Part shown: piece by piece, positions 37,871 through 50,200 of the stretch
Position numbering within the stretch: position 1 is the first letter of the stretch
How the letters are laid out: every line of letters starts with the position of its first letter
Position numbers and translations under genes: made by a program
Notes under the pieces: model-generated
Told to the model about the DNA's origin: nothing
Databases searched by the model: none
What the model saw: the letters and a program-made list of their open reading frames with translations, nothing else
Source of the DNA: Octopus sinensis
Lineage: Eukaryota
NCBI RefSeq assembly: GCF_006345805.1
Contig: NC_042999.1
Coordinates: 89,590,001 to 89,654,000, forward strand
Direction: 5' to 3'
Length of the DNA stretch: 64,000 nucleotides

Positions 37871-38466
37871 CGATAGGGGTGGCCCGCCTCGGATGACGCT
37901 TTATTAGCCAACGATGAAAATTATTATTATTATTAATATTTCGAACTGATTCAGGGAGGTGAGCTGGCAAAATGATTAGCGGCATTCCTTACGTTATGAG
38001 TTCAAATTCCATCGAGGTTGACTTTGCTTTTCATCCTTTTGGGGGTCGAGAAAATAAGTACCAGTTATGTACTGGGGTTGATGTAATCGACTATCCCTCT
38101 CCCCAAAATTTCAAGCCTTGTGCCTATATTACAATGGATTATTTCAAACTGTTTTGCTTCTCACCACTATTATGGAATTTAGGTAGGTTTACTTTTTGGA
38201 TAACAAGCCACCACGTGACCTCAACCATCCAAGAACTTTCGAATGATCTTCACGGGTCCAGCGAGTTATTATTATTATTATTATTATTTGTTTGACTTTT
38301 GCTTTATATTCTCAAGAGACAACAGGTCGGAAGTTCGTGATGTTGTTATGCCTAGTGTGCCATATATTTGGTTTTGTATTTAGTGTTGTACTAGTGAATG
38401 TAAAAAAAAAACCCCGAAAATTATGTTTGTTTTAAAACTTGAGATTACATAGAAAGTATTTTGCGT

Positions 38467-38467
38467 A

Positions 38468-38565
<98 letters not shown>

Positions 38566-39020
38566 CATTATTATTATTATCATCATTATGTGATTAAAAC
38601 TCGCAGCTTATTTTGCTGGGTATGATAGAAAGCGTCAGCTGTCCACAGCCAATAGACTAAGGTGACATTTGTTTACTGGTCATGCTTCAAGAACCTTGCG
38701 AAGAATTCTTGCAGTTCCAAGTAATGCTGATATTTGTAGGTGTTCTACCCTCACACTTGCACCAATCGTTTTTAGCCATGTTAGTAGATGAGTGTTGATT
38801 CTTCCAAGTGCATCAATTACTATTGGTATCATGTCTACTCTCTTCATTGACCACAGCTTTCGTATTTCTCACTTCTAATTGTCATAGCTATTTATTTTTT
38901 CTTCTTTCACACTGATCCTGTTGTCACCGGGGCATGCTATGTCGATTATCATGCATGTTCTTTCTTTTTTATTCACCACTACAATATCCGGTTTCCGATG
39001 TCTGGTCAGGTGATCACACT
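38467..39020 (-). mobile_element. R4/Dong-like (RLE-type) non-LTR retrotransposon 3' end with (ATA)n tail
   Basis: RKPDIVVVNKKERTCMIIDIACPGD...IPIVIDALG...SALLGTARILRKVL*; the (ATT)n run at 38467-38590 is its tail. Confidence 0.88.
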
Positions 39021-39287
39021 GCCGCTACGTTCTGAATTCAACATCCGCCGAGGTCGACTTCGCTTTTCATCCTTTCGAGATCGATAAATTAAGTATCAGT
39101 TGCGTTCTGGGGTCGATCTAATTGACTGGCCCCCTCCCCACAAATTTCGGGCTTTGTGTCTATAGTAGAAAGGATTATGGACATTTAATATATATTTTGA
39201 AACAAGATTACTTCTGAGTCAATTAATACTTCTAGATATTCTCAGCCTCATCATCTGAATGAATTAGTAGTTACAATAATCATATGA

Positions 39288-40700
39288 ACTAGCGGGACCC
39301 GTGAATATTTCACAGAATTAATGGTAAACTTACTGGGCTATTTCTGAAAACTTTATCCAAAAAAACATGAAAGCGTAGCCTGATAATCTGATAATCACTG
39401 AAAAGTGAAAGTAATTGGAATATGATGATTACTTCTGCACTTTATATATACAGCTTATATAAATTCATGTACAATTTTATAGACTTAATACATAGCACTA
39501 CCCCTCTTTCCATCTCCTCCTTCGTTTTACCATTTTTTCTCTCTCCTTTTTCTTTCGCTCTTCGCCTTTCCCGTCAACTAATCACCTGAAAGCGTTACAG
39601 ACGGGCTAAGTAACGGAGGAGAGAAAAAACATAGTTAAGAAAAAATATACACTTTAATTAAGCAAGCAAACAACTAATTACCTAATTGATTAAGCAAGAA
39701 AGCCACTAATTACTTAATTAAGCATGCAAGCAACTAATTTGTTAACTAACTGATTAAGCAAGCAAACAACAAATTAAATAACTTATTAATCAAGCATACA
39801 AACCACTAATTACTTAACAAATTGATTAGGCAAGCATGCAACTAATTAGTTAACTAAATTATTAAGCAAGTAAGCAACTGATTACTTAATTAATGAACTA
39901 ACTTATTTACGCAAGCAAGCAACTAATTAATTAAGCAAGCAAACAACTATTTAACTAAGTAATTAAGCAACCTACTTATTAAACTAATTCAGCAAGCCAC
40001 TAGTTAATTTAATAATTCATTAAGTGAGCAACTAATTAATTAACTAATTAAGCAAACACGCAACTAATTAACTAACCAATTAATTATACAAGCAACTAAT
40101 TAACTAATTTAGCTTGGAAGCAACTAATTAATTTAGCTGGGACGCATCAAATTAATTAAGCAAACAACTAATTATATAATTAACCAAGTAAGCAACTAAT
40201 AAATTAACTATTTTATTAAACTACTAATTAACTAAAGTGAAAGAAATTGGAATACGATGATTACATAATGCACTTCATGTACAATTTTATAGACTTGATA
40301 CTCATCGCTCATAAAATAAATATTCGCTCTTATTTTCCCATTTTCTCCATAAACAGAAGAAATGACATTTTTCTCAAAAATGCCCATTCTCTCTGCCCCA
40401 CCCTGTGCAACGTCTCATTTCACTCTACCGATTCATCTGCTCATCAGAAATACCTTGCTGATTGCCACCCCGCTTTCAAGCTCATGCAAACTCTTGCTTC
40501 TAACTCATTCTGTTTCCTCTTTGAGACCTCGCACTAACCACAATACTCAACCCTTCCTCCTTTTGTAGGGCATCAAACTTATGTGTTTCCTAGAGATGCT
40601 TACCCGGAATTTTTTCAATGGAACATCTGTCGCGTCAGTCTGACCAGCTACAGTGGAACTGAGAAGCCTACCGAGAAACTAACAATTCCTTAGTACTTCC
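39288..40700 (-). mobile_element. Helitron-like element carrying an internal AT-rich satellite
   Basis: Minus-strand end ...GTGAAATATTCAC-GGGTCCCG-CTAG|T (hairpin plus CTAG); the other end was not identified. Confidence 0.5.
39655..40235. repeat. Degenerate AT-rich minisatellite, ~28-31-bp unit (TTAAGCAAGCAA.CAACTAATT.ACTAA)
   Basis: Recurrent AAGCAAGCAACTAATTAA motifs over ~580 bp. Confidence 0.85.
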
Positions 40701-40714
40701 CGTTTTTTCTAACT

Positions 40715-41280
40715 AACGGCATAATGAGTACAGAAAACGCCATGATGACATTGCACAATGGTTTGACGGGAAGATGTGCAGGAGGTATGCGTTAGAGTGT
40801 AAGGCAAGTGGTAAGAACACCAAACTTTGCCAGTCGCAGAAAACGATCTGGTGAAACTCTTGCGGAGTATAATTGCCTATACTGAAAGAAGATGCAATAT
40901 AATCGACCAGATATTACTCTCCTACGGAAAGCAACAACAATAAAAAAATTGGATCTTCATTGATATAGCAGTACCTGCAAATCAGAACATTGCAGAGAAA
41001 GAAAATGAAGAAGCTGAAAGGTATCAAGACCAGGCATTTGAAGTGGAGTGCATGTACAGAGACTCAAGAACGAATGTATTACCTACCCAACATGACTGGT
41101 GCATTCGAAAATAACACTAAAACCAAGAATTCGTTGGAGGTACACAATTGGTGGTCACACTCAAAACAGCGTCCATGTTGTGAAAAGTGTTGCCTCTCTA
41201 AAGGGCGGGAAGACATGATACAGGTAACTGAAAACGTCAAAACTCGAGAGAATTGCCATAAAAACAATAATTGCTTGTAA
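40715..41280 (+). mobile_element. R4/Dong-like RLE-domain remnant
   Basis: YRKRHDDIAQW...IFIDIAVPANQNIAEKENEEAERYQD.AFEV. Confidence 0.8.
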
Positions 41281-42084
41281 CGGAGATATAAAGCCAGAAA
41301 TTCGAGGCAGGGTCAGTTGAGTATGTCGATCGCAGTTCTTAACTAGTAATTTATCTTATCGGCCTCGGAAGAAGCAAAAAAGGCCACCTTAACATCGGGG
41401 GGATTTGAATTCAGAGAGTAAAACACGGAGCAATTGCCACAAGACATTGTAACGAGTATGTGTGAGCGTGAATATCTTGTCTTGTACTTTCGGGGTACAA
41501 GAAAGCAATCACTAGCCGTTGCTTTAATAATCCAGAATTCTACCAGTCAGAAACAACAAGACGCAGACGTAAAATATATATATACTACTTTATTCTCTTT
41601 CTTGGTAACAGTAACAATAAGTGTGTTATCTGATGTCCATGGTTTTGGGCGCGCAAGGCTGAAAGTTAATCGATTGTAATATTTACAATGTTCAGCCGCC
41701 AAAAACAGAAAGGGTCAAAATGGCGTCCAGAGGAAGAAGATGACGTCTGCAACAATCCAGGTTAAAGGCCTTTTGGTAAGGACTGCTAGAAGCAAGTTCG
41801 AACGGAGAGAAAATATGCGTGACCGTCGCGTTCAATCGCTGCCGTCCCAAGTCCCCGCTGCTGCTGCCAGCGGTCAAACGTTCTACGGCCCCTTGCCTCG
41901 CTAACTGCTACGTAGGCAATAGGGTTCTTCTTCCGGTGCTTCGCGCATGCGCGAGAGGGCCCTTCCTCTCACTTGGTGAAGGCACCAACACGCGCGAAAT
42001 ACAAATGGACGGTGCGCGAGCGCGCGCCGTTATAGGGTCACTACAACATTTTAGCCAACGCTCAAACGATGCTGTCAATGGAAA

Positions 42085-42250
42085 CATCTCATGGCCTGAG
42101 TACAAGACCAAAGTATAGATTTATGGACACATTTCTACTATGGTTACTCAACACAGGATAGGCTTGATGGTCACAGCTCTCATCTTGAACACAAAGTCAA
42201 ACTTTGGAAACTTCTGCACCGTACGGCGCAGAAAGAGCGTCACTCAGCTA
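42085..42250 (+). mobile_element. pogo-type DDE transposase remnant
   Basis: LWTHF...RLDGHSSHLEHKVKLWKL contains the pogo LDGHxSH catalytic motif. Confidence 0.55.
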
Positions 42251-42694
42251 CATTGATGTTATTAGTAGTGACATAACATGAAATTGAGGACCCACCAAAG
42301 CTAATAGGGGTGGGGAGAGTTCTGAGATTCTTGGTGCAGTGTATTGAAAGGCATCTTGATTGAGGGTTGCTTGAAGAAAAAACATGTATTTGTAGGGGCG
42401 AAATGGTGGTGGTGGTGGTGGTGGTGGTATTAGTAGTAGTAGTAGTAGTTTTCCCATTTTAACTTTTTCTTTTTCAAAAATCTCTTTGGATTCCTATAAC
42501 GAATTTTTCTATAAAAAAAAAAAGGCCTTTTAAAATTTTAATTTACATCCCATCAACAAGCTATTTTGGTTTTAAATCTCTTACTTACTTTTATTTTCTT
42601 GATTTACTGGTTATTTTTGTAAAGATATGGTGATTAGAATTACGAGAGAAAGCAAGAAATGCTTTTTTAAAACTTCAGTCTCTTACCACATAGC

Positions 42695-43040
42695 CAAGCT
42701 GTTTGGTAAGAGATTGAAGTTTTGCTTCACAGCTTAATGGCTCCTTGGCAACTGTCTTCTGTTATAACTTCGGACCGACCATAGCCTTGGGAGTGAAATT
42801 AGTAGGCGGAAACTGGAAGAAGCCTGGCGTGTATACACACACACACGCGCGCGCGTGTATATGTGTTTGTCCCCCACTACCGCTTAATAACCAGTGTTGT
42901 GTGTTTACGTCCCTGTAACTTAGCAGAGACCGATAGATAAGTTTAAAAAAGAAATCGATTCATTCGACTAAAAATCCTTCAAGGCGGTGCCCCAGCATGG
43001 TCGCACTTTAATGACTGAAAAGGTACGGAATAAAAGACAA
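42695..43040 (+). mobile_element. tRNA-derived SINE family B (head, (CA)n centre, tail)
   Basis: ...GGCAACTGTCTTCTGTTATAAC..GGACCGACCATAGCCTTG...GAAACTGGAAGAAGCC; partial copies ~2620-2762, 3920-4097, 6185-6320, 8470-8595, 30340-30455 (-) and 8671-8820, 19970-20100, 22770-22925 (+). Confidence 0.8.
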
Positions 43041-43128
43041 AGCCGATCGCTAGCCATAATTTTCCACTTAAATATTGTGATCGTTAACAGAAAGAATACT
43101 TTCTTTTAGATATATATTCATTGATAAG

Positions 43129-43345
43129 ACGGCGAGCTGGCAGGGACGTTAGCACGCCGGGCGAAATGCGTAGCCGTATTTCGTCTGTCGTGACGTTCCG
43201 AGTTCAAATTCCGATGAGGTCGACTTTGCCTTTCATCCTTTCGGGGTTGATAAATTAAGTACCAGTTAGGCACTGGGGTCGATGTAATCGACTTAATTCC
43301 TTTGTCTGTCCTTGTTTATCCCCTCTGTGTTTAGCCCCTTGTGGT
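43129..43345 (+). mobile_element. SINE family A copy
   Basis: Near-consensus copy retaining CpGs. Confidence 0.9.
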
Positions 43346-43429
43346 TACTTATGAAATATATATATTCAATGAAATTAGCAACTGTTGGAAGAGTATTAGG
43401 GATGGCCCAAACGGTTTGAGGGTCTATGT

Positions 43430-43915
43430 CTGCGCAAGTGTTCGTCTCTATCTCTACCCTGTTTTCTTTCCCCCCACCATGCTTGCTCCCCTTAGGTAGG
43501 GAATATCCTCTCCTCTCCAACTGGGAGATAGATGAAGCTCTATTACAGAGGCGAGCGCTGGGTGTGTCAGCTGAGGATAGACGGAAACAGAGAGTATGGG
43601 ACAATCTGCGTTCAGGTGCCACTTTCAACTATCTCTTCGATCAATCTGATCAATTTTCAAGGTGTCGCCTACTTCCAGCTAGTGCAAAATTCTCGGGTGT
43701 CTGGACTGATGCTCTGCCGTTGGCCTACCAACCTGTGGTCCGCAAAGGTAGTATGAGGGGGTCTGTCAGCATGTTAAGCTGACAGGCCTTTCAATATCCC
43801 GGGGTCCGTGGGAAAACTCATTTAAATAAAAGGGATCCTTGGTTGTGAAAATATTGGGAACCACTGGTCTAGAGGAATTCTGCATCTCCATCGCACTAAA
43901 AGTAGGGGCTGGCGT
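43430..43915 (+). mobile_element. CRE-clade non-LTR retrotransposon remnant, split by a hAT MITE
   Basis: KQRVWD...SRCRLLPASAKFSGVWTDALP then, after the MITE, GLEEFCISIALKVGA; matches recalled CRE motif ARL.AA....SGAWL.ALP....F...A.RLG. Confidence 0.6.
43717..43866. mobile_element. hAT MITE, second copy of the 34359 family
   Basis: Shares GGGGTCCGTGGG..AACTCATTTAAATAAAAGG..TCCTTGG core; right TIR GGGAACCACTG followed by GTCTAGAG; left end decayed. Confidence 0.8.
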
Positions 43916-44721
43916 TTATAAGGTACTGAGACCACTGTGGTTGGCCCCTTGACCCCACATGTGTTCACGGTCTGTCTTGCCGCCTAAATGCTGGTTGCTT
44001 CGTTTGTTACACCGAGCTAAACCTAATCATTAAGCGGGCCCTCGCTCGGATTAATATCCCTTCCGTTCTGGAGCCGATGGAATTATCCAGAAGTGATGGA
44101 AAGAGATCAGATGGTCCTACCACCTTTTACTCACTTTTACTCATCTTGGATGCTCCAGTAAATAAGAGGGTCACTGCTTCCGTAGCCGAACAGAGGAAAA
44201 CCGAAGTGACAGGTAGTAATGCCGCGAGCATGCTGGCTTGCGTCAGTAGCTTCCGTTGAATCTTGTGGTGTACGATCAGTTGAGGCGCTTGGTGCTGCTT
44301 GTTGTTCTTTTTTTTTTCTCCTCTTTCTTCCCTACAAATAGTTTCAATAGTTTTAGCAGAAAGATTTGGAAGAATTAGAAGAAAGTTCTCCGGTAATTTT
44401 CTTTCCTGTAGATAAATGTTTGTGTTAATATAAGAATTTGCCAGCAAAATCTTATAAAATGACAATGTTCTAAATGATGTCTCTTGCAAAACATTGGATG
44501 ACCGGCGAATTTTTATGAAAAAGATGTAAGGATCTATTCAACCGACAACGTTGTACAACAGTTTATTTTTGTTGAACAAGTAGTATACGAAATATTAAGC
44601 ATAATAACGAATAGAAATTTTTCATGGTAACAATATAAATTAACACGAATAAAATTATTCTGATGCGTAAGCAATTATTTTCAAGTAATAAATAATAACG
44701 ATAATACCGCAACAGTCACTT

Positions 44722-44792
44722 GCATCGGTGGTTCAGTGGTAGAATGCTCGCCTGCCACGCGGGCGGCCCGGGTTCGATTCCCGGCCGATGCA
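44722..44792 (+). tRNA. tRNA-Gly(GCC)
   Basis: GCATCGGTGGTTCAGTGGTAGAATGCTCGCCTGCCACGCGGGCGGCCCGGGTTCGATTCCCGGCCGATGCA; full cloverleaf, A/B boxes, TTTTT terminator ~8 nt downstream. Confidence 0.98.
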
Positions 44793-45811
44793 CAATAACT
44801 TTTTGTTGAATAATATGTTTCTTTTTATTAGTTAGGGAAATAAAAAAAAACGAAAAAGGATTAACTCGAGAAATCTACTATTCACGCCTGTTCCAATAAA
44901 TTAATGGAAGGATAAATAATTAATAATATCAATATGTTGCTACGTTCTGAGTTCAAATTCCGCCAAGGTCGACTTTGCCTCTCATATTTTCGGGGGTCGA
45001 TAAATTAAGTACTAGCTGCATACTGGGGTCGATCTAATCGATTGGCCCCCTCCTCCAAAATTTCGGGCCTTGTGCCTAGAGTAGAAAAGAATATCAATAT
45101 GTAATACAACGATCGATGAATAAGTCCTTTTGATTTTCAGCTGTTGACAGTATACAGTTCAGCTAAGGTTGACATTACAAACATTACATCTTTGACCTTC
45201 CCGTCCGCTTATTTTTGGTCTTTTTTCAGACGCATCGAGCGATCACATAGAGGTTCTCTCATTGATTCATGATTACACACGTTGGCAGCTCGCCTCATCG
45301 AGATATCAGGTGATGCCCGTGAGGGCCCCTGGCTTTCCCAACGCCTTAGCCTCGCCACCGCCCACTGTAATGCTGCGAGTGTGCTGGCTTACTTCAGTAG
45401 GTACCGTTAAACCTTGAGGTATGTGACCAGTTGCTGTGAAAAAAAAATCCCCACATATGGTTTCAATACAGTTTTAACAAAAAGATTTTGAAGAATTGGA
45501 AGAAAGATCTATCACACTTTCCACCCCTACTTTCTCTAAGTTCGAGAAAGTGGATCCAATGAAAGCGCCTCAACATGGTCACTCGACCTGCTAGAAGTAG
45601 CAACAAAATATCTCCCCAAATCTCACACTTTAATTTATTTCATATAACAATTTGAAGGTAATGGCCTCGTTGCTTCCAGGTTTCCAACAGACAAATTACT
45701 GGCGGTTAGTGTGAAAAGAGTGTTTAATTGGATACCAAACAAATATTTCAAAGGGGTTTCGTAAAGTACCAGTTTTTTGCCGATGTTTTATTCTTCGCCA
45801 AAATTTCTTCA

Positions 45812-46191
45812 GCCAAATTCATCCACTAACCTATCCATCCATCCGTTCGTCCACCCATTCACCCATTCATTCATCCATCCCACCCGCCTACCCATCCATC
45901 CATCCATCCATCCATCCATCCATCCATCCATACATACATACATCCATCCATCCATCCATCCATCCATCCATCCATCCATCCATACATACATACATACATA
46001 CATGCATGCATGCATGCATGCATACATGCATACATACATACATACATACATACATACATACATACATACATACATACATACATACACACACAACACACAC
46101 ACACACACACACATACATACATACATACATACATACATACATACATACATACATACATACATACATACATACATACATACATACATACATA
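45812..46191. repeat. Compound (TCCA)n/(TACA)n/(TGCA)n/(CA)n microsatellite
   Basis: Directly visible. Confidence 0.98.
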
Positions 46192-46360
46192 CGAGGATCA
46201 GTTATAATTTTATTCAACATACTCCCGCTCAGATTCATTCACTTATTGCAGCGCCCCTTTAGTTTTTCTAAGCCCGGTAAAAGAACTCAGAAGCCTGGAC
46301 CTTCAACCAGACCTTTCACGACACCCTTAAAGTCAGGAACTTTTCAGCACCTCCTAGTAC
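46191..46360 (-). mobile_element. mariner-derived MITE, truncated
   Basis: Minus strand starts TACTAGGAGGTGCTGAAAAGTTCC and carries a decayed mariner C-terminus (GLEKL..RCNK...EYVE*). Confidence 0.7.
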
Positions 46361-47401
46361 ATGCATTCCAAAAATTCTCCAGCACGCATATTTACAAACA
46401 CCGGGAACTCTCTCAACTCAAAAACTCTTGTAGCTTTGCTAGCGACCGGCTTGAACTCTCCCAAGTACTTAAATAAAACTCAGAGAAAAATCATACTAAG
46501 TAAACTCCTCAAGAAATTACTCACTTCCCAATGACCCCAAAATTATTGGATTGGGATAACCTCAACAAAAACCAGGAAGGGAAAAATCTCTACGAAGATG
46601 AAAATTTACAAAAGCAAATTTTACGATAAATTATTATGAGTGAGATTTTAATATGAATACACACAACACAATCGGAGTAAAATTTGTAGATGTAAAGGGA
46701 TAATGATCTCTACGTATGAAAGAATATTAAGATCACCAGGAAAAGAGAGAAGAAAATAGAAAACACGGGACGAATGAAGCCTTCGTTATTCGTGTTGAAA
46801 CTCTTCGAAGACAATTTGTTTCTACACGATTTCTATATGATTTTTAAACTAACACCGAAGTCCATTTTATTTTAGACTTACACCGTAGACCTTTTTATTT
46901 TGCTTATAGTTAGCCTTTGAAATGTACTTCGGCTTTTTGTTTTATTTATTTACATCAAAAACTAATTTTCGGTCGTTTCTTTTGTTATCTAGTGATTATT
47001 TCTTGAAAAAAAAACCCCAACAAAGTATTATAGATATAATAAATGTCTGCTGTACTCAAATAGTTGCTTTTATGGCAATGAATTTATCGAAGCTCCCTTT
47101 AAAATGTTAATAAATAGTCAAGATATTTAGATATTCTACCCACCATGTATTTTTAAATAATTAATAATGCCACCCTGCGCGCGTTGAGAGTAAAATTTAG
47201 TTGTAAGATTTTAAAGACTTAAGCAGTCATAATATTCTCTTTTCAAAGTTTTAAAGAGTCATTAAAGGCGGAAATAGAATTAGTTGATGCAACTAAAATT
47301 CAATAAGTACATGAACAAAAAAAAAACTTTCTTTCAAGTAACACAAAAGCAGACAAGATTCATATAGTTAAAATAAGGCATCTGACGTTATCTGCGCTAT
47401 A

Positions 47402-47473
47402 GCCGTGATCGTCTAGTGGTTAGGACCCCACGTTGTGGCCGTGGTAACCCAGGTTCGAATCCTGGTCACGGCA
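47402..47473 (+). tRNA. tRNA-His(GTG)
   Basis: GCCGTGATCGTCTAGTGGTTAGGACCCCACGTTGTGGCCGTGGTAACCCAGGTTCGAATCCTGGTCACGGCA; genomic -1 base is A (G-1 is added post-transcriptionally in eukaryotes); T-tract downstream. Confidence 0.98.
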
Positions 47474-47947
47474 GCGCAGTATAATTTTGTTTTTATTGTA
47501 TGCATGATATTTTATGTGTATATATATTATTCCCCATTTTACTCTAGAAATTTATCACTGCTTTGTAGAGGGGAATGCAGGAAGCGGCGAGTCGTTTAGG
47601 CGTCATTGTCGGTATCCAGTTGCATGCTTCGAAAGCATTAAAAAGGAAACACAATAGTGCAGCATATGTGACTTATTTCATAATAATAGTAAAAGAAAAC
47701 ATTGAAGTGATTGCTATTGTAAATATCTGTACAATGTATTTAATCTTTTGATATATATATATATATTAAATATAACCATTAAATAATATGCCTACAAAGC
47801 TCTACTTGTTACTATGTATTCTTTCTAAATTCTGCTGTATCTTCTAAATATTTTTCTTTTCCTGGTTCTTCTCTTTTCGATTCCTCCCATCTATACATTT
47901 CCTTATTCCTTCCTTTCTTTTCTGTATTGTGTCTTTATCTCTCTCTC

Positions 47948-48017
<70 letters not shown>

Positions 48018-48769
48018 CTCCTCCTCTCTCTTTCTTCATTTACGCCTCGTTCTCACACCGCTTTCACTCTCTATCACTTTCATTGCCGAATGTTAAATAT
48101 TTTTAATGTTAAATTTTGAGTTGTAAGCGTTTATATTTTATAATCTCGGTATTTACGAGCTTCTTTTTGACTAAATGTACAACTCCTATACATTAAAATC
48201 TTTTATCGCTCTGAAAAGCGATATACGGACACCGGTATAAAATCTCCGTGGCGAGCTAACAAGAGTTAGCGCGTCGGACAAAAATGCTTAGCGGCCTTTG
48301 TTCTGAAGTTCTGAGCTCAAATCCCGCTGAGATCAACATTGGCCTTTCATTTTTTTCGGGGCTGATAAAATAAAAGTACCAGTCAAGTACCAAGGCTGAT
48401 GCAGTCGACTTGCCCGCTCCCTCAGTAATGCTGGTTTGGTGTCAAATTAGAAAGAATTATAATTATTGGGTAAAGAAGCTAACATAGCTGGTTCCCTGAT
48501 CAATATAGATTAGTCAAAATTTTTCGATAGGGTCAACCACCAACACTTGGCAGTTCTTCTCACGGCAGCTGGTTTCGATCTCGTCTTCTGCGGTTGGATT
48601 GCTGCAATGTATAGCGACATCTGTTAGGTGTTGAACGTGAATGGCCATCTGTCAGAGCCATTCAAGTATTATACGCTTGGTCCATCAAGGATGTCTCTTC
48701 TCATCTCTTCCGTATGTACTGTTTTTTAGCCACTATTGCTGAAACTAGAGACATTGAGAAACGTCCCGC

Positions 48770-49270
48770 ACAAACTAGAACTGTATCGGCATACACGGAC
48801 GATATCAACGACATAATTTTGGAAGTTAAGCACATCGAGGTGATCGGCATTATTCTAAGGAACAACGAAGCAGTGAATGGAGAAATATCAAATAATAAAA
48901 GTCGGAGGTATCTAGAGAGGCAGGTTCATGCCAACAACGTCGTAAGACGCCGGACGGTCCCACCGGTTAAATTGTGCGCAGTCTGGTTTGGTCCAAACTT
49001 CGAAGTGTAAAAGAACTGAGATATGGTGACGAGCAGGGTGTCCAATCTCATCCATAAATAGACCGAGAAAAAGCTATCTCTGAAAGGTCGGGCAGAGGTG
49101 GCGAATGCTTACATCGCCACCATCATATATTATCGCTTAACCCCAGTTCAGTCTCACTAAACTGGAGCGCCTGTTCTTATGCTTTCTACGGAAGGGACAC
49201 GTTCCACTGGTCAGGCATTCTATTTGCCGTCAACATCATTGTCAAACCCGCTTTTCTATGGCTCGTTTCT
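48770..49270 (+). mobile_element. Tx1/L1-like LINE RT remnant
   Basis: VSAYTDDI, EAVNG, VKLCAVWFGP, LSLKGRAEVANAYIATIIYYRL. Confidence 0.8.
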
Positions 49271-49779
49271 TTAACAGAGCTGCAGTCCGGACAAGAATAG
49301 ATCGAGGCAAGGTACCAGGCTCTTATTGTCGTCAGTCGCCCTCAGCCCTCTACTTGTTGGGAAATGCGATCGGTGGAAGTTCCACTTTGGCATTCTATAG
49401 AGGGTAGTCACTGAGCATCGACGAGAATCAACTGGAACAGTTGAATTTACTACAACTGGATTTACCTACAACTTATGATGTCTGGAAAGTAGCCATAAAG
49501 TGAAACTGAAAGCAGTAGGGCGAAAAGGAACCGTAAAAAGATCATATTTGATTTTAAACAATGTTTTACAACGGCTTAATGCGGAAAAAAAAGAACAGTC
49601 TCATTAGCAAAACATTAAAATTTGCAACATCTACAGTGAGAACAATACGTTGCAAACGAAAAATAAATAAATAAAATGCTCAAGAAGTTATTCCATTAAC
49701 CACTCGGAGCCTATTTTTTGATAGATCTAATGTGATGCTTAAAATATAGGTTTTTAGATCAAGGATCAAACTCGACATA

Positions 49780-50200
49780 ATGTGCCGGTTAAGTACAATA
49801 GTAATTAAGAAAGAAAAAAAGGCTAAAAGTTTGTATGACGATTTTGCAAAAATAAGAAGTTGAAACTTCTATCGAAGAACAATTTCTAGTTAATCTGAAA
49901 AGTTTAAGAAGCGCTTGAATTTGTACAGCATAAAAATGACTGGTGAAGTACCGCTGCTGATACAGTGGCTACTACCATTTACCCATAATATACTACGTTG
50001 ATGAACCTGCACTTTTCTGGAAGCGTATGGCCTGCCAGAATCTTATTCCTTGGAATGAAAAATCAACTTCAAGATTCAAAGCTTTCAATAATCGACTGAC
50101 GCTTCTTCTTGGAGGATATGCCCTGGTCATGTTAAATTAAAGGACCTCCTTGTGTATCACTCCGAAAATCCAAGTGCTTTCAAGGACTATGGAAAATTTA
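49780..50200 (+). mobile_element. Tigger/pogo transposase remnant
   Basis: YVDEPALFWKRM...KSTSRFKAFNNRLTLLLGG matches the Tigger FNVDETGLFWK..RLTLLLG motif. Confidence 0.8.

Noticed and set aside
38380-38586. Poly-Ile ORF
   Set aside because: (ATA)n tail of the R4-like LINE
39655-40235. Repeat array as a CRISPR candidate
   Set aside because: No identical repeats with unique spacers, no cas genes, eukaryotic context
45777-46476. Six overlapping ORFs ([12 protein letters not shown] repeats)
   Set aside because: Translations of a tetranucleotide microsatellite
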